Shown piece by piece: positions 35,768-47,559 of a DNA stretch of 64,000 bases; within the stretch, counting starts at the first letter, position 1; every line of letters begins with the position of its first letter. The DNA is taken from positions 55,182,001 through 55,246,000 of the forward strand of contig NC_045696.1 in NCBI RefSeq assembly GCF_009834535.1, given 5' to 3'. Under the pieces are notes generated by a model that was not told where the DNA came from, did no database searches, and saw nothing but the letters and a program-made list of their open reading frames with translations. A program made the position numbers and the translations under genes. Origin of the DNA: Camelus ferus. Taxonomy: Eukaryota.

Positions 35768-37316
35768 TAAAATTATTGTAAATCCTGGAAATAATGTAAA
35801 TAAGTTACATGATACAGTAATAATTCTCTCAGTGGTAACTACAATTATGATTATTGTAGACACCTTTCTCCAAATCATAAAAGAGTCTCCCTTAAATGTG
35901 AGACAGAAATTGAGTTTTTCTCTCTTTCCCAGTGCTGGGTTTAGACATCATTTTCCTCCATACTCATGTAAAATTTCTCAAACTTCCAAATTCATAGGCA
36001 AAAATACAGAACAAACTTTTCTGAGTGGTGATGACTGCACATGGGGATATTTGTGCAACAACATGTCCTCTGTGTGTGCTGTGTGGTATGCTGTGCTGGA
36101 ACAGAGACAGCTAGAGGACATTCGTGGCAGGGTCTTTCTGCCTCATTTTGGTATTCAACATGTGTAAAAGAATAATAATGGTCATCAGGACGACTGCATA
36201 CATATTCCACATAAAAGAAAAATCCAATTGGTGCTACAGAGCTCCCGGTCTTAGAATCTCTTTCTGCTTCAGCTGATATACAGTGTAAATCTAAAACTTA
36301 TTTAAAAACCTGTCTGGGTAAGACAGCTTTTAATTAATCTTCTCTTAGTTTTTATACTATATGGTACCTGGAAGATGCAAGATCAATCACTACCGTATTG
36401 TAATGTCGAGTTGTGAGACAGAAAGATAAATGAGCTATCAAGCTTAGCATTTTGATAGCTAAGTTAATTTAACTAGCTCCAGAACATACTCTAGATTGGT
36501 AGATAAAGCTGTGAGCTGGGGCATTGAATGTTATAACTGTGAATGTGGTATGTTATTAAGAAAACAAGAATTTGCCAGTTCCTGTCTGTTCTTTATGGAA
36601 ATGTGAATCCAGGATCAAAGGTAGCTGGGTGATGAAGTCATATTGCTGGCTCTGTCAGGCCAATTAAGGCAGCTTTATTAATTCATACTTTTAATTGAGC
36701 ACTGTGACAAGGTCTGGGCTGATCTGAAGCTTCCTTTTGCAGTAAGCAGGAAGAAAAGCCTGGCCAAGCAAATTAAACTCAATTTATGCTGAAGGGTAGA
36801 CCTTAGATGGAGTTTAGTTCCCTATGGGGCCTACCAGAAATTTTTTTCATCATGAACTGTATTTCAAATTGTGTTTTCTCAATTATAAGAATTTAGAACT
36901 GATTATTGTCCTTGGAAAGAAATGATACCCCATTCCTGGGCTGTCCATTTATACAATTAGCAAGAAGAATAAGAATAAAACTTCCAGCTTGGCTCCTCAA
37001 AACTACCAGTGGAAGGTGTAATGAAACTTCAAACAAAAGAAAAATGCTTCAAAAGTCTTGGAGAAGAATTTAGATATGCTAATCACAGCTATTAAGGAAT
37101 ATCAACTTTGGAATGTCACATCTATTCAAATAAGCAACAGTACATGGAGCAGTTTTGAAAGGTTTTCCCTTCCTTAAAAGATAATGAAATCAAATTGCTA
37201 TCGGGCAAAATCTCTACTTCTACCAAGCTCCACACTTACCCAGACTTCTTTCAATGTTTTTTCATTGATTTGTTCATTCACTTTTTAATAAAGATGTAGT
37301 AAGCACCTACTACATA

Positions 37317-37450
37317 CAGTCACTCCCAGTTATCTGTGGGGGCTTGGTTCCAGGACACCCACTCCATTCCTCCCTGTAGATGTCTAAACCTGCAGATGCT
37401 CAAGTCCCTTATATGCAATGGCTACATCAGCAGATATGGTGGCCCAACTA
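37317..37450 (+). mobile_element. Short MER2-like Tigger MITE inserted in an antisense L2 tail
   Basis: ta|cagtcactcccagttatctgtgggggcttggttccaggac..gatgctcaagtcccttatat..cccaacta|ta (TA TSD). L2 tail ttcattgatttgttcattc..aagcacctacta lies on the left and continues on the right. Confidence 0.8.
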
Positions 37451-37548
37451 TACAAGCCAGATTCTGTGTTACATTAGTTATTAGCAAGTCACAATTCATG
37501 TCACCAAAATGTCACAGAGAAATGTGTGGTTCATTACAAAATGGTATG

Positions 37549-37968
37549 TGTGATGATTAGTTTTATATGTCAGCTTAACAGGGCCACAGGGTGCCCAGAT
37601 ACCTGATTAAACATTCTGGGGGTGTTTATGAGAGTATGAGATGAACATTTGAATTGGCACTCTGAGTAAAGCAGATTGCCTTCTCCGATGTGGGTGGCCT
37701 CATCCAACTGGAGACCCGACTAGAACAAAAGAGAACAGTGAGGGAGAATTCTCCCTCTCTCTGTCTGACTGTTATTGCCTGAGGATGTCTGTCTCCTGCC
37801 TTCAGACTCCAACCAGGACTGGAACTCATGCCATCCACTCTCCTGGGTCTCTAGCTTGCCTCCTGCAGATCTTAGGACTTCTCAGCCTCCATAATCATGT
37901 GAGCCCATTCTTTATAATAAAAATAGATATCACATATATTTTCTCTGGAGAACCCAGACTAGTAAGTA
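37549..37968 (+). mobile_element. MLT2 (D-like) ERVL LTR
   Basis: tgtgatgattagttttatatgtcagctt..gggccacagggtgcccagata..gagtaaagcagattgcc..tgggtggcctcatccaa..ggacttctcagcctccataatcatgtgagcc..tctctggagaacccagacta. Confidence 0.92.
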
Positions 37969-37974
37969 TGATAC

Positions 37975-38290
37975 GTGAGAACTAGGGCAACTGAGCCCAT
38001 TAGTTATACAATTACAACCAAGACCATCTTGTAATTCACATAATTCCTTATTTGTCTACAACCGAACCTCACTGACATTAACACTTGCCTTCAGAAATGG
38101 ATCAAAGATTCACCCACCTGAGACACTCTACCCTAAGAACTTCTGACCCCAACTCATAAACAATAAAAAAAGAACATGACTTCCCTAATGTGCTGCCATT
38201 TCTAAGCTGCCCGTGTGGTATTTTCTCCTTTACTGCAGTAAGTCAATGAACCTAAATTTTGTTTATGTCATAGTAGGTTTCTTCAGTTAA
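37975..38290 (+). mobile_element. Possible old ERV LTR fragment
   Basis: LTR-like R region: ctgcccgtgtggtattttctcctttactgcagtaagtcaatgaacctaaattttgttt. Confidence 0.4.
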
Positions 38291-38344
38291 AGAGAGGACT
38301 TTATATGTTTTAGGTTGGAGATGATTATTTTCACAAATGTATGA

Positions 38345-38510
38345 ATGTTCAGAGCTCAAAGTCACTTTGGAGGCATTCTAATCTAGCTCTCAAAATTTAC
38401 TATCCTGTATCAAGGTAAAATGATTCACTCAAAGTCACCCAGCCACTGGGTGGGTTAGCCAGACAAGACCCCAGATCTTGAGATTCCACAAAATTAAGCT
38501 CACTTGCTTT
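38345..38510 (-). mobile_element. MIR (MIR3/MIRc-like)
   Basis: cagagct..ctttggaggcattctaatctag..tgattcactcaaagtcacccagc..agacaagaccccagatct. Confidence 0.6.
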
Positions 38511-38659
38511 CATACTAAGTATACTTAGAAAAATGATAAAAAGATGTTCAGCTTTAAGCAAATCTCTGCTTCATTAAAAAAAATCTAATTGCACTTTTAC
38601 AAACAAAATGTTAATTATTTTTCAAAACTTCCACCAGGTGAAGTGAAGTACTACCTAAT

Positions 38660-38724
38660 TCTCTGTCTCTCTGTCTCTCTCTCTCTGTCTCTCTCTGTCT
38701 CTCTCTCTCTCACACACACACACA
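38660..38724 (+). repeat. (CT/CTGT)n-(CA)n compound microsatellite
   Basis: Directly visible. Confidence 0.92.
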
Positions 38725-38934
38725 TTCTATCTTAGTAGGAGGTGGAGGGAAAGAACCTCTGCATTTGACGTTTATGTGTGTCACTATCACCATAAAATTA
38801 CACAAAGAGTTTTGTAAGTATACATATTCATATAATGTTGTTTAGTTTTGTTTTTACTAATATCCAGTGAATAAAAGCTTCAACTTCTAGCTCTAAAATC
38901 TAAGGAGTCTGAATAATAGTCATCTCACTGGGAG

Positions 38935-39070
38935 AAAGAAATGGATAATGGTTAAGAGCATGGTCTTCAACATTGGCTACACCCAAGTTCAAGCCCCGAA
39001 CTCTGCTACTTGAAAGAGAATTCTTAAAGTTCTCTTTGTATCCAAAATCTCTTAATAAGAGTAGAATAAT
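38935..39070 (+). mobile_element. MIR fragment
   Basis: aatggttaagagcatgg..ccaagttcaagccccgaactctgctactt. Confidence 0.6.
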
Positions 39071-39849
39071 AAAAATAAAAGAAGATCGATTCTTGTGTTA
39101 GGATAAACTCTCCAGGTTTGAGGACAGGGAGTAGGTGGGCAGATATTGCCAGAAGTAAAATCATAGTGACCATATTGAGATCTGATATATTTTAATATCA
39201 TTAATAAAAGGTAACTGTATTATTCAGCAAGATCCACCTAAAAGAATGTTTTTATTCCTAAGGTCTGACAAATTCTTAGGAATCAAAATCCTGCCTCAAG
39301 CAAAAAGACAAAACAGTTGAACAAATAATTACTGTTGCTCCTATTCCTTCTACTGCATCTTGGCAGGAAATAACCATGCCATCAGGCAGCTCTTGCTTCC
39401 TTGAAACAGCCTTGCAGAAGCTGGACCAATCAGGGCCTATCTCCTCTGGTATGATGGACAGGAGCTGGTGGGGTGGGTTATGCAATATGCTGACTTCTAC
39501 GACTGGTCTGAACCTGATCACGGACACAGGGTGCAAGGATTATCCTTACACATCTCCACAGTTCAGGTAACTCCTAAGACCAAACAGTAGGCCTGATTCT
39601 CCCAGAAAATATGAGACCAGAAGAACGAAACCATAGTCCAAAAGTAGCCATAAGTAACACAACTGCCATAAGCTACCTCTGTCCTTAAGAAAAATATTTT
39701 CAGATATTAAAAGCATTCTGTCCTCAGAAGAATGGAAGAGATGAATAGTTGGTACCATTTCCAAAACTGTTCACGGTATTCAGAGAAGAAGCCTCTTTTC
39801 TTTTTTTATTTTAGTGGTGGAATGAACTAGTTGCAAAATTCATTTAGCA

Positions 39850-40020
39850 TTAGTCATTTCCTAACTCTGGAACCTTGAGTATGTTATAGAACCTCTCTGA
39901 GCCTCAATTTCCTAATCTTTATATTATGGAATAAAAGCTAAATTAAATAATGAATAAAACATACTTAACATAGGGTCTAAAACACAGAATGTGTTTAATA
40001 AATTGTAATCACTATTACTT
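39850..40020 (+). mobile_element. MIR fragment
   Basis: aaccttgag..aacctctctgagcctcaatttcctaatc..tttaataaattgtaatcactatta. Confidence 0.7.
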
Positions 40021-40849
40021 ATTTTATTCCCCCAAAGTCTTTTGTTTTATGAAAAACATACTTATCTTACAGATTATATAACACTGTTGCCAAGGATAAT
40101 TTAAACCAGTTTCCATAATCACAATTACAAATTTAAACTTAAACCACGAAAAAGATGAGATGAAGAAATGAAGAGAACAATATTTTCCCTTCTCCTACCC
40201 TGTATTTGAGTACAAACTGCTAAAAATTCTTTATACTTTAATTATTTGTATGTAATTGGAGATTGTTCATTTAATTACAAACGACTTTTACAACAACTAC
40301 ATTAAGGTAGTTTGTTATCCTGCCTGATGCTGTTAGTGGTTAATTAATTTCAAGTACACTGGGAGAAAACAGAAGTTCACCTTATAAGTATGTCAAGATT
40401 ATCCCTGGTTCCAGCCAACTTTCCGTACATCTGATGATCTAGGACAGTGTCCCCTGCTCCTCCAGACAGAGGACAACTGGCCAAACCCAAGAAGCACTGA
40501 GTCTTCAGCCTTTGACAACCATACTAGCCACATCCTGGGCCCAGTCTTCAAAATGCAATAAACAGAGCAAAATGACAGGTATGTTGTAGGACCCCGTCAT
40601 GACCTCCACCTCTACCCCTTCCTACTTTAATAATGTCTAACAATTGCAGGTATTCACAGTTCAGCCTGGGATGCCTCACTTTTACTTATAAAAGGGATCC
40701 TCAACATAGACATTTTATCTCCATCTATTTAGGACCAAACCCTTCCAGCCCTGATGACTGGGCTCATCAGTAACTCTGGGAGGCTAGGCCGCCCTCTGCT
40801 CCAGGTACTGCCAAGGGAGAAAATGTTCAGAATCACTATGCCCAGACTG

Positions 40850-41100
40850 TTGAGGAAAATGCCATTCAAATGCCTAATCAAAAGCACAATAAGCACCAAG
40901 CCACATTATAACTTTCATGCTGCTGTAGAAAAAAGTTAGATTGGTTTGACAAGATTAGTTCTTTTCAGAGTCATTTTGATTTTCCCCAACTACTCTGTAA
41001 TCCCTCTCAGACTTTGAAAATTAATGCTCACATTATTCTTGTATTTCTAGATATGAATGTTATGCCTTCTGGTTTATGGCATCTGGTATCATGGGCCCCT
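40850..41100 (-). mobile_element. CR1/L3 LINE RT-region fragment
   Basis: tcaaatgcct..aaaaaagttagattggtttgacaagattagttctt..attattcttg resembles antisense CR1 RT sequence. Confidence 0.55.
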
Positions 41101-41389
41101 CAGCAAGCCTCTCAGTTTTCAGAAGGTTTTGTTTCAGTTAATTCCTTAAGCATCACAGGATTCAAGTCATTGTGTCTTGTAATTTATTTTATTAATCCTA
41201 AGTGTATCTTAAAAGAAAAGGATAGAAATTAATGAAAATAAATTAGCATTTTTGATTACAAAAGATACCTTCAAGGGCATTCTCATTTCTTGAAAGTGAT
41301 CTTGCATTGTGTAGTAATTAATACTGGAGCAGCAAAACAACAGAACAACCAAGATTCCCTCCGAAATGGATGGTGTCTCTTTTTACCAT

Positions 41390-41750
41390 CCACAGATGGG
41401 GCCTCGTTAACCAGGGACTGAGAGGTTTGCGCCAACGATGCAGTCCAGATGTTGGTGATGGCCTGTAAGCAAGAGCTGACAAGCATCCCTACAAGGCAAA
41501 CCACAGCTGAATTCCAAACGCTCCTCTCCAGCTTCAGTGCTCCCTCGTCAGTCCAAATCATGACCACTTACACCCGAACCATTACAACAGTCTCCCGACT
41601 AGTCTCTCAGCTTCAACGCTTAGCCCTTACCATGTACCACAGCACCACACAAATCATATCATGTTCCTTCCCTGCTTCAGATCTTTTGAGGGCTTCTCAA
41701 GGCAACCATAAAAAAACAGAAGTTCTTTACATAGAATGTATGGCTGTGTA
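41390..41750 (+). mobile_element. L2 fragment
   Basis: ccctcgtcagtccaaatcatgaccacttacacccgaaccattacaacagtctcccgactagtctc..cagatcttttgagggcttctca. Confidence 0.55.
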
Positions 41751-41899
41751 TAAGGATCTGTCCCATGCCTACTCCAACCTCCCCAGCACAGTGGGATCTG
41801 CTAACGCAACACATGCATTCCTGAAAAGTGCTACAGTATGAAAAGCATGCAATAAAAACCACAGAGTTTATGGACAACATGGGAAGAGGGTAACAATAT

Positions 41900-42300
41900 G
41901 CAAAAATGTCATCAGTGGTACATTAAAGAAAGGGAAGAACCCAATAAAAATGGTGGCACAGTTTTAATGACACAGTTTAAATGGTTAAGAAATACATACA
42001 TACTACAATAAATAAGGCAGTTTACCTTGGAAAGACTTGAAGTTTGCTTTGGGAAGTGGGTGCCAGAAGAGTCAAGGCTTGTAAACTACTGTGGTAGAAG
42101 GAAGGTGACCTGAAATCAGAAGGAAAAGGTGTAACACCAGATGGGTGGATGGATGTGATTCAGACACGCATGGTGAATTGAGGAAGCTAGTAACTGTCTG
42201 AGATATACACATGTGTGCGTTTAGTATATACCTACACTGCCCAGTTAAACTGGGTCCAGTTCTCTGCATTCACCTAGTGTTCCTCTTAGGCAAAAACACA
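41900..42300 (+). mobile_element. Old L1 3' UTR fragment
   Basis: gtttgctttgggaagtggg..tgtgtgcgtttagtatatacctacact; weak, diverged. Confidence 0.4.
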
Positions 42301-42439
42301 CATAAGCAAATGCAAAAATCCATGCAAAGCTCAAATTTTTCCCTACCAATCGTGTTGAAAGAAATCTGCATTTTGAAAGCAAGCATTATAGCAGAACTAA
42401 CTATAGTTAGTTATAGTTATACAACTAACTCTCCTGGCA

Positions 42440-42895
42440 TACCATCACATACCACCCACGCTGCGGTATTCAACATATCCATCAAGCCAAGCTTTTCTCC
42501 TTTGCATTCACTGTTCCCTCTGCTTGGGTCGCTCTTCCCGACATCGTTTGCACGACTGGCTGCATCTCATCCTTCAAGCCTCAGTTTCAATGCCACCTCT
42601 TCAGGAAGCTCTATACTGAGATCATCCTCCCTAATGTAGACCTCCACTTTTGTTACTTTCTATTGCAGAATCCTTTTTATTTCTTTAGAGCTTCTATTAC
42701 AAGAGGTAAATAATTAATGTCTTTGTCTTTATTTGTTATTATCTTTCTTCCACTAGAAGGTAAGTTCCATGAGGTCAGGATTCACATCTCTTGACACTTT
42801 TTAATGTCCTGGCCCTGCCAGTTACTGTGCTCAGGACAAATACAAAATGTAGGTAGTCACTATATGTCTCTTGAATGAATTAAAGAATGAAGGAA
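42440..42895 (+). mobile_element. L2 3' end
   Basis: tttgcattcactgttccctctgcttgg..catccttcaagcctcagtttcaatgccacctcttcaggaagc..cactagaaggtaagttccatgagg..tgaatgaattaaagaatgaa. Confidence 0.85.
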
Positions 42896-43264
42896 TGATT
42901 ATATCTGGGCAAATGCCAAATATAATCAGCAGGCTCTCACAGAATGGCCTTATTAAGGCTGTTATGGTACTTACTCTGTTAAATTAATCCCTTACAATTT
43001 AGCTCTTGTTCAGATTTAATGCACCCATTAAAAAGGGCTTGAAGGAAAACAGTACAAAATTAAAGTTAAAAAAATGTGAGGTCCTCAAATAAAAAATTAT
43101 TAGACTCACAGAACACAAAAATAACAACAGAAGAAAAAAGTAGACTGAAAACATTCTATTCATTCATTCTCTTAAAAAGTTGGACTGTAATCCCAGTGAT
43201 GGTAACAGAAAAGGTTCATATTTGGCAAGTGATTAAACAGAGATTAAGGATTTGGTGAAGCCCT

Positions 43265-43375
43265 TCTTACAATTCTGTGTCCAGTTTTGATATCCATCTT
43301 TTAAGAGGAACTTGGAAAAACTGCAAAGGATCTACAAAGAATCATGTTAATAGGATTAAATAGCCATTATAAAGA
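43265..43375 (+). mobile_element. CR1/L3 fragment
   Basis: ttctgtgtccagttttgatatccatcttttaagaggaacttggaaaaactgcaaagg resembles the CR1 YCVQFWSP..KKD...LE region. Confidence 0.55.
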
Positions 43376-43429
43376 TAAGCAATAAGCTACCAAGATCCTT
43401 CATTTTCCACCTTCTGCATCATAGAAAAG

Positions 43430-43935
43430 AAACTGTGACTAAAACGTCTGAGCATCCTTTCCTTCTGTAGCAATAAAACCCTCAAGTTTTAGCAGGGGAT
43501 GTGACCAGAATAAAGGCTGCATTTCCCAGCCTCTCTGGTAGCTATATGTGATGTGTGGCCATGGGGATAGATTCTGGCTAATGGGATATAAACATCTAAT
43601 CTCAGCTAATGGCATGGCAGCATCCATAAGCTTTCCTTAAGAGAAAGGAAGCCTTGTCATTATTCATTCTTTCATTTTAGAATGCAGATAAAACAGCTGG
43701 AGCTCAGGCACCATGTTGGATCATGGATGACCTTGAGAACACAGGTCGTGGTCAAAGAAGCACTAAGATAGAAACAGCCTGGGTCTCTGTAGATTTTGTG
43801 GAACAGGGCCACCACAGCATTAACTGTCCCACTGTAACACTTCAACATGAGAGAGAAAACATCTATCCGATTTAAGTGAATTTTATTTTAGATTTTAACT
43901 TCAATGAGTCACAGAGCAAAACATGTTCCTACTTT
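43430..43935 (+). mobile_element. MLT1J/I-like MaLR LTR
   Basis: ctgcatttcccagcctctctggtagcta..ggccatg..ttctggctaatggga..cagctggagctc..ccatgttggatcatg..agcctgggtctctg..catgagagagaaaac. Confidence 0.8.
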
Positions 43936-44448
43936 TTGTTCTACTGATTAGTTAAAACACTTACCAAGTCTTAGCCAGTGCTTTTAGTAAAGAAAGTCAA
44001 GCTACCTGGGCATCGCCAGAGAGCGAGAGTGACAAGTTGAATTGTTCTGCCTAATCAGGTGTTAGGAATTTGGGGATTTATAGGAGACACTCTGGGGGAC
44101 ATGGTGGAGACATGGAGAGAGATGAGAGAAGCTCCTGTACTTGAAAGCAAGGGCCCCCAAAACCTCTCTGTGATAGGGATTTCTACACAACACTTACTAA
44201 AAGTTGTCCTCCTCTGCAATCAATAATTATCCTCCACTTTTCTTAAACGTTCAGTAAACATTGTCTGTTCTAATAACCCTGTATTCATGGTGTTAGTATA
44301 AATGAAATAAGAGGAAAGGTGGGGCTGGGTAGGTGAGGGTGACAGTTTCAAATTCTGAGAGCTAAGGTTACTGCCAGCAAAAGTTCAAAGCATCTCTCAG
44401 TGTAGAACAAGTTAGAAGAGAACAAATGTCCCCCAACTAATGAACATG

Positions 44449-44470
44449 AACACACACACACACACACACA
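44449..44470 (+). repeat. (CA)n microsatellite
   Basis: Directly visible. Confidence 0.9.
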
Positions 44471-44791
44471 GATTTCTGAGAACAGCCTGACGTACCTCTG
44501 CAGAAGATGGAGTTAGGGACTCAATTTTGAAGTAAAGAAGACAGGAGACCCTGGAAAGCTTGGAAACTTCCAGGCTGAAGAACTTTGAGCTCCATAGTAA
44601 TAGGAAATGGCTTCTTCCTGATCTGCAAGGTGACCCTCATCTATCCTTCACAATTGTACACTTTATAGAGCGATCTTCCCTAATCCTCCAGCATAGGATT
44701 TATCATTCCTTATCCACAATAACAGGGTTTCTGAGACATTTCTATTCTGTTGTACACACCCATGAAGAGCTGTTTGAGACCATGATATCTT

Positions 44792-45366
44792 TTTTTTTAA
44801 TAAGCCATAAAGGTTTATTGGCAGCATTAATTTTTTATTTTATTTTTATTTATTTATTTTTTAACATTTTTTACTGAGTTATAGTCATTTTACAATGTTG
44901 TGTCAAATTGCAGTGTAGAGCACAATTTTTCAGTTATACATGAACATACATTCCTTGTCACATTCTCTTTCGCTGTGAGCCACCACAAGATCCTGTATAT
45001 ATTTCCCTGTGCTACACCGTATAATCTTGTTTATTTGTTCTACATTTTGAAATCCCAGTCTGTCCCTTCCCAACCCCCATCCCCCTGGCAATCACAAGTT
45101 TGTATTCTATGTCTATGAGTCCATTTCTGTTTTGTATTTTTTTTTTTTTTTTTAGATTCCGCATATAAGCGATCTCATGTGGTATTTTTCTTTCTCTTTC
45201 TGGCTTACTTCACTTAGAATGACATTCTCCAGGAACATCCATGTTGCTGCAAATGGCGTTATGTTGTCGGTTTTTATTCAGTATTCCACTGTATAAATAC
45301 ACCACATCTTCTTTACCCAGTCATCTGTTGATGGACATTTAGGCTGTTTCCATGTCTTGGCTATTG
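44792..45366 (-). mobile_element. Young 5'-truncated L1 (camelid-type 3' UTR) with 17-bp TSD and a short 3' extension
   Basis: Antisense L1 3' end (tggcttacttcacttagaatgac..catccatgttgctgcaaatggc..gatggacatttaggctgtttccatgtcttggctattg); TSD tgagaccatgatatctt 44775-44791 / tgagaccacgatatctt 45367-45383. Confidence 0.95.
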
Positions 45367-45479
45367 TGAGACCACGATATCTTATATTCACCTTATCTCA
45401 AGTGCCTAGAACACAGTTAATATCCAAAATGCTTTAGAGATTTGAATTGAATCGTGAGTTTCATAATAAAACAACCAGT

Positions 45480-45650
45480 TTAGTAGAAACCTTAAAGGCA
45501 ATCTTCATAAATCTTTATTTTGCAAATAGAGAAACTAAGAACAGGAGAGACTAACTGAATTTCCTCAAGTCACACAGCTAGGAACAGGCAGAACAAGGAC
45601 TAGGACATAGGTCTCTAGGCCCCAAATCACCCACTGTTGCCATCACATCA
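45480..45650 (-). mobile_element. MIR SINE
   Basis: attttgcaaatagagaaactaaga..gaatttcctcaagtcacacagctag..ggcagaacaaggactag..aggtctct. Confidence 0.75.
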
Positions 45651-47559
45651 TGTTCATAGACACTAGGACAAAACACCCCAGGAAAACCTGGGAAAAGATA
45701 CAGATATTTGAGATCTCTCCCAAATCGAGTGCTATTTTGCTATCTGCTAAATGAAGCTGTTTCTACTTGCCTCAACTTTGGGGAAAGGAAAGCATGAGAT
45801 CTGTGCTTCCTATTTTCAAGGTTCCTTGTAAGGAAGTGCTGAATATGAATAATGAAGAGAGAGAGTCAGCCGTGTACAGATAAGTGCAGAGATGCATCAG
45901 CCCTCCTGGGGCTCCAAAGTTGCAGAGAAAACTACACTTTTCAAACTAAATATTGCTTTATGGGCCTGACAAAAACAAAAACAAAAACCAAGAAAATAAG
46001 GGGGAAAATGGAAGAATCTGAATAAAAAACCAGGCGCTGTGGCATACACATCATGTTCCTTTCAGCCCATGCACAGAAGCGCCCCAGAGCCGTTCTCCGG
46101 GCTCTTTGTATTCACCACAGCATCTTGTTTTATCTCTTATTTTTTCTCCTTCCCTGAATCCACTCAATCATTTACTGCTTCTCGGTGCTCTAGTGTGCTT
46201 CTTCTGTGCTTTACTATCTCCCTCTTTTCAAAGATAAACACCTCACACCTGGGAAACAGATGCCTCTAATTAGTATTAAACCTGAAGTTTATGCCTGCCT
46301 TTGATGTTTTGTAGGATGCATTTTGGTGAATAATAATATGCTCAATTCAGAACCATTCAACACTTAATCAAAAGTCAGTTTAGTGAAGATATCCTTGCAG
46401 TCACCCATCATCATACCCTGGGCCTAAGCCTGCTTCTTAAGTGAAGTGAAAGCACTGGATTCTGAAATTAGGAAGTCTCTCTCTCTCATAAGCCACATGT
46501 CTCTGAGCTGAAGTTCTGGAGAAATGGGGACTCTGATTTTACAAAATCTGAATACAATTCTAAATTTTGAGAAAAATCAAAGTTAAAGATAGAAGTGAGT
46601 GACATTAGTAAGATGATGGAGTGAGAGTTTTCTGCCATCATCTCCCCATAGAACATAGATTTTGACAACCACCCTCAGACAGGAGTGGGAGTCCAGGAGC
46701 AGAGAAATTTCAGCACATCACTGGAGAAAATTATGAGAAGAGACACACTGAAATTATGAGAAGAGACACATAGAAGAACAGTCTCATTTTATCCATGGTG
46801 CTCCTCTCCTAAGGTGGCACAGCTCAGTGCCAAGAGAGACTCCCCTCCCCGGTCTGTGATCTCCCCCACAGGGGAAAGTGAGAGCAAAGTGAGTAAGCAG
46901 CAACTTCCCTACTCACGCGAGATGCTGCCCAACAGGTCCGCTTCTTTCTGCCACCGAGAAAATGAAGGGTTGGAAGAGGCTGGGAGCATAGCAAACAGCG
47001 TTCAGTGCTCATCAAAGGCTGCAGATCTTACGAACTGCTTTTTAGACTTCATCAGGAACCTACCCATGGGACACTTGGGATGCCTTGTCTGTGGACCCCT
47101 CAAACTGGCCCATAGGCACACCCAGTTGTCAGCACACCCCACCCAACCACCCTCCTCCTTGTGGTGGCTGGATCCACATGTGCACCCTCATTGACTACAA
47201 GGGAGAGGATTTGTAGGCAGCTCACAAATTCATGCAAAAATCCAGCCCAACTGTGGAACTGGGAGAATGCACACAAACTTGAACAGTTCAGGGCAATGCC
47301 CTAGGGAAAATAAATGGGAGCATCTGAGCACCCAGGCTGGCTTCACAAGATGGAGAGAAGATATACAATCTCAAGAATTCCTCCCCCAAGAGGGAACAAG
47401 AGGTGTGGGATGGCTGCATCCACAGGCAAGGTCTGAGACAGCCTCAGAATTCCTATCCAAGCTTTCTGGTTAAGGCATTTTTCTCCCAAAGTCAGCCAAT
47501 AAAGACTGGAGGAGGTGACTGCTTCTTCAAATGCAAATATAGCAACACAAGACTTAAAG

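Noticed and set aside
35618..36167. 168-aa and 86-aa ORFs
   Set aside because: Artefacts of reading through the N gap.
41449..42639. 130-aa and 142-aa plus-strand ORFs
   Set aside because: They lie over L2 and old L1 fragments.
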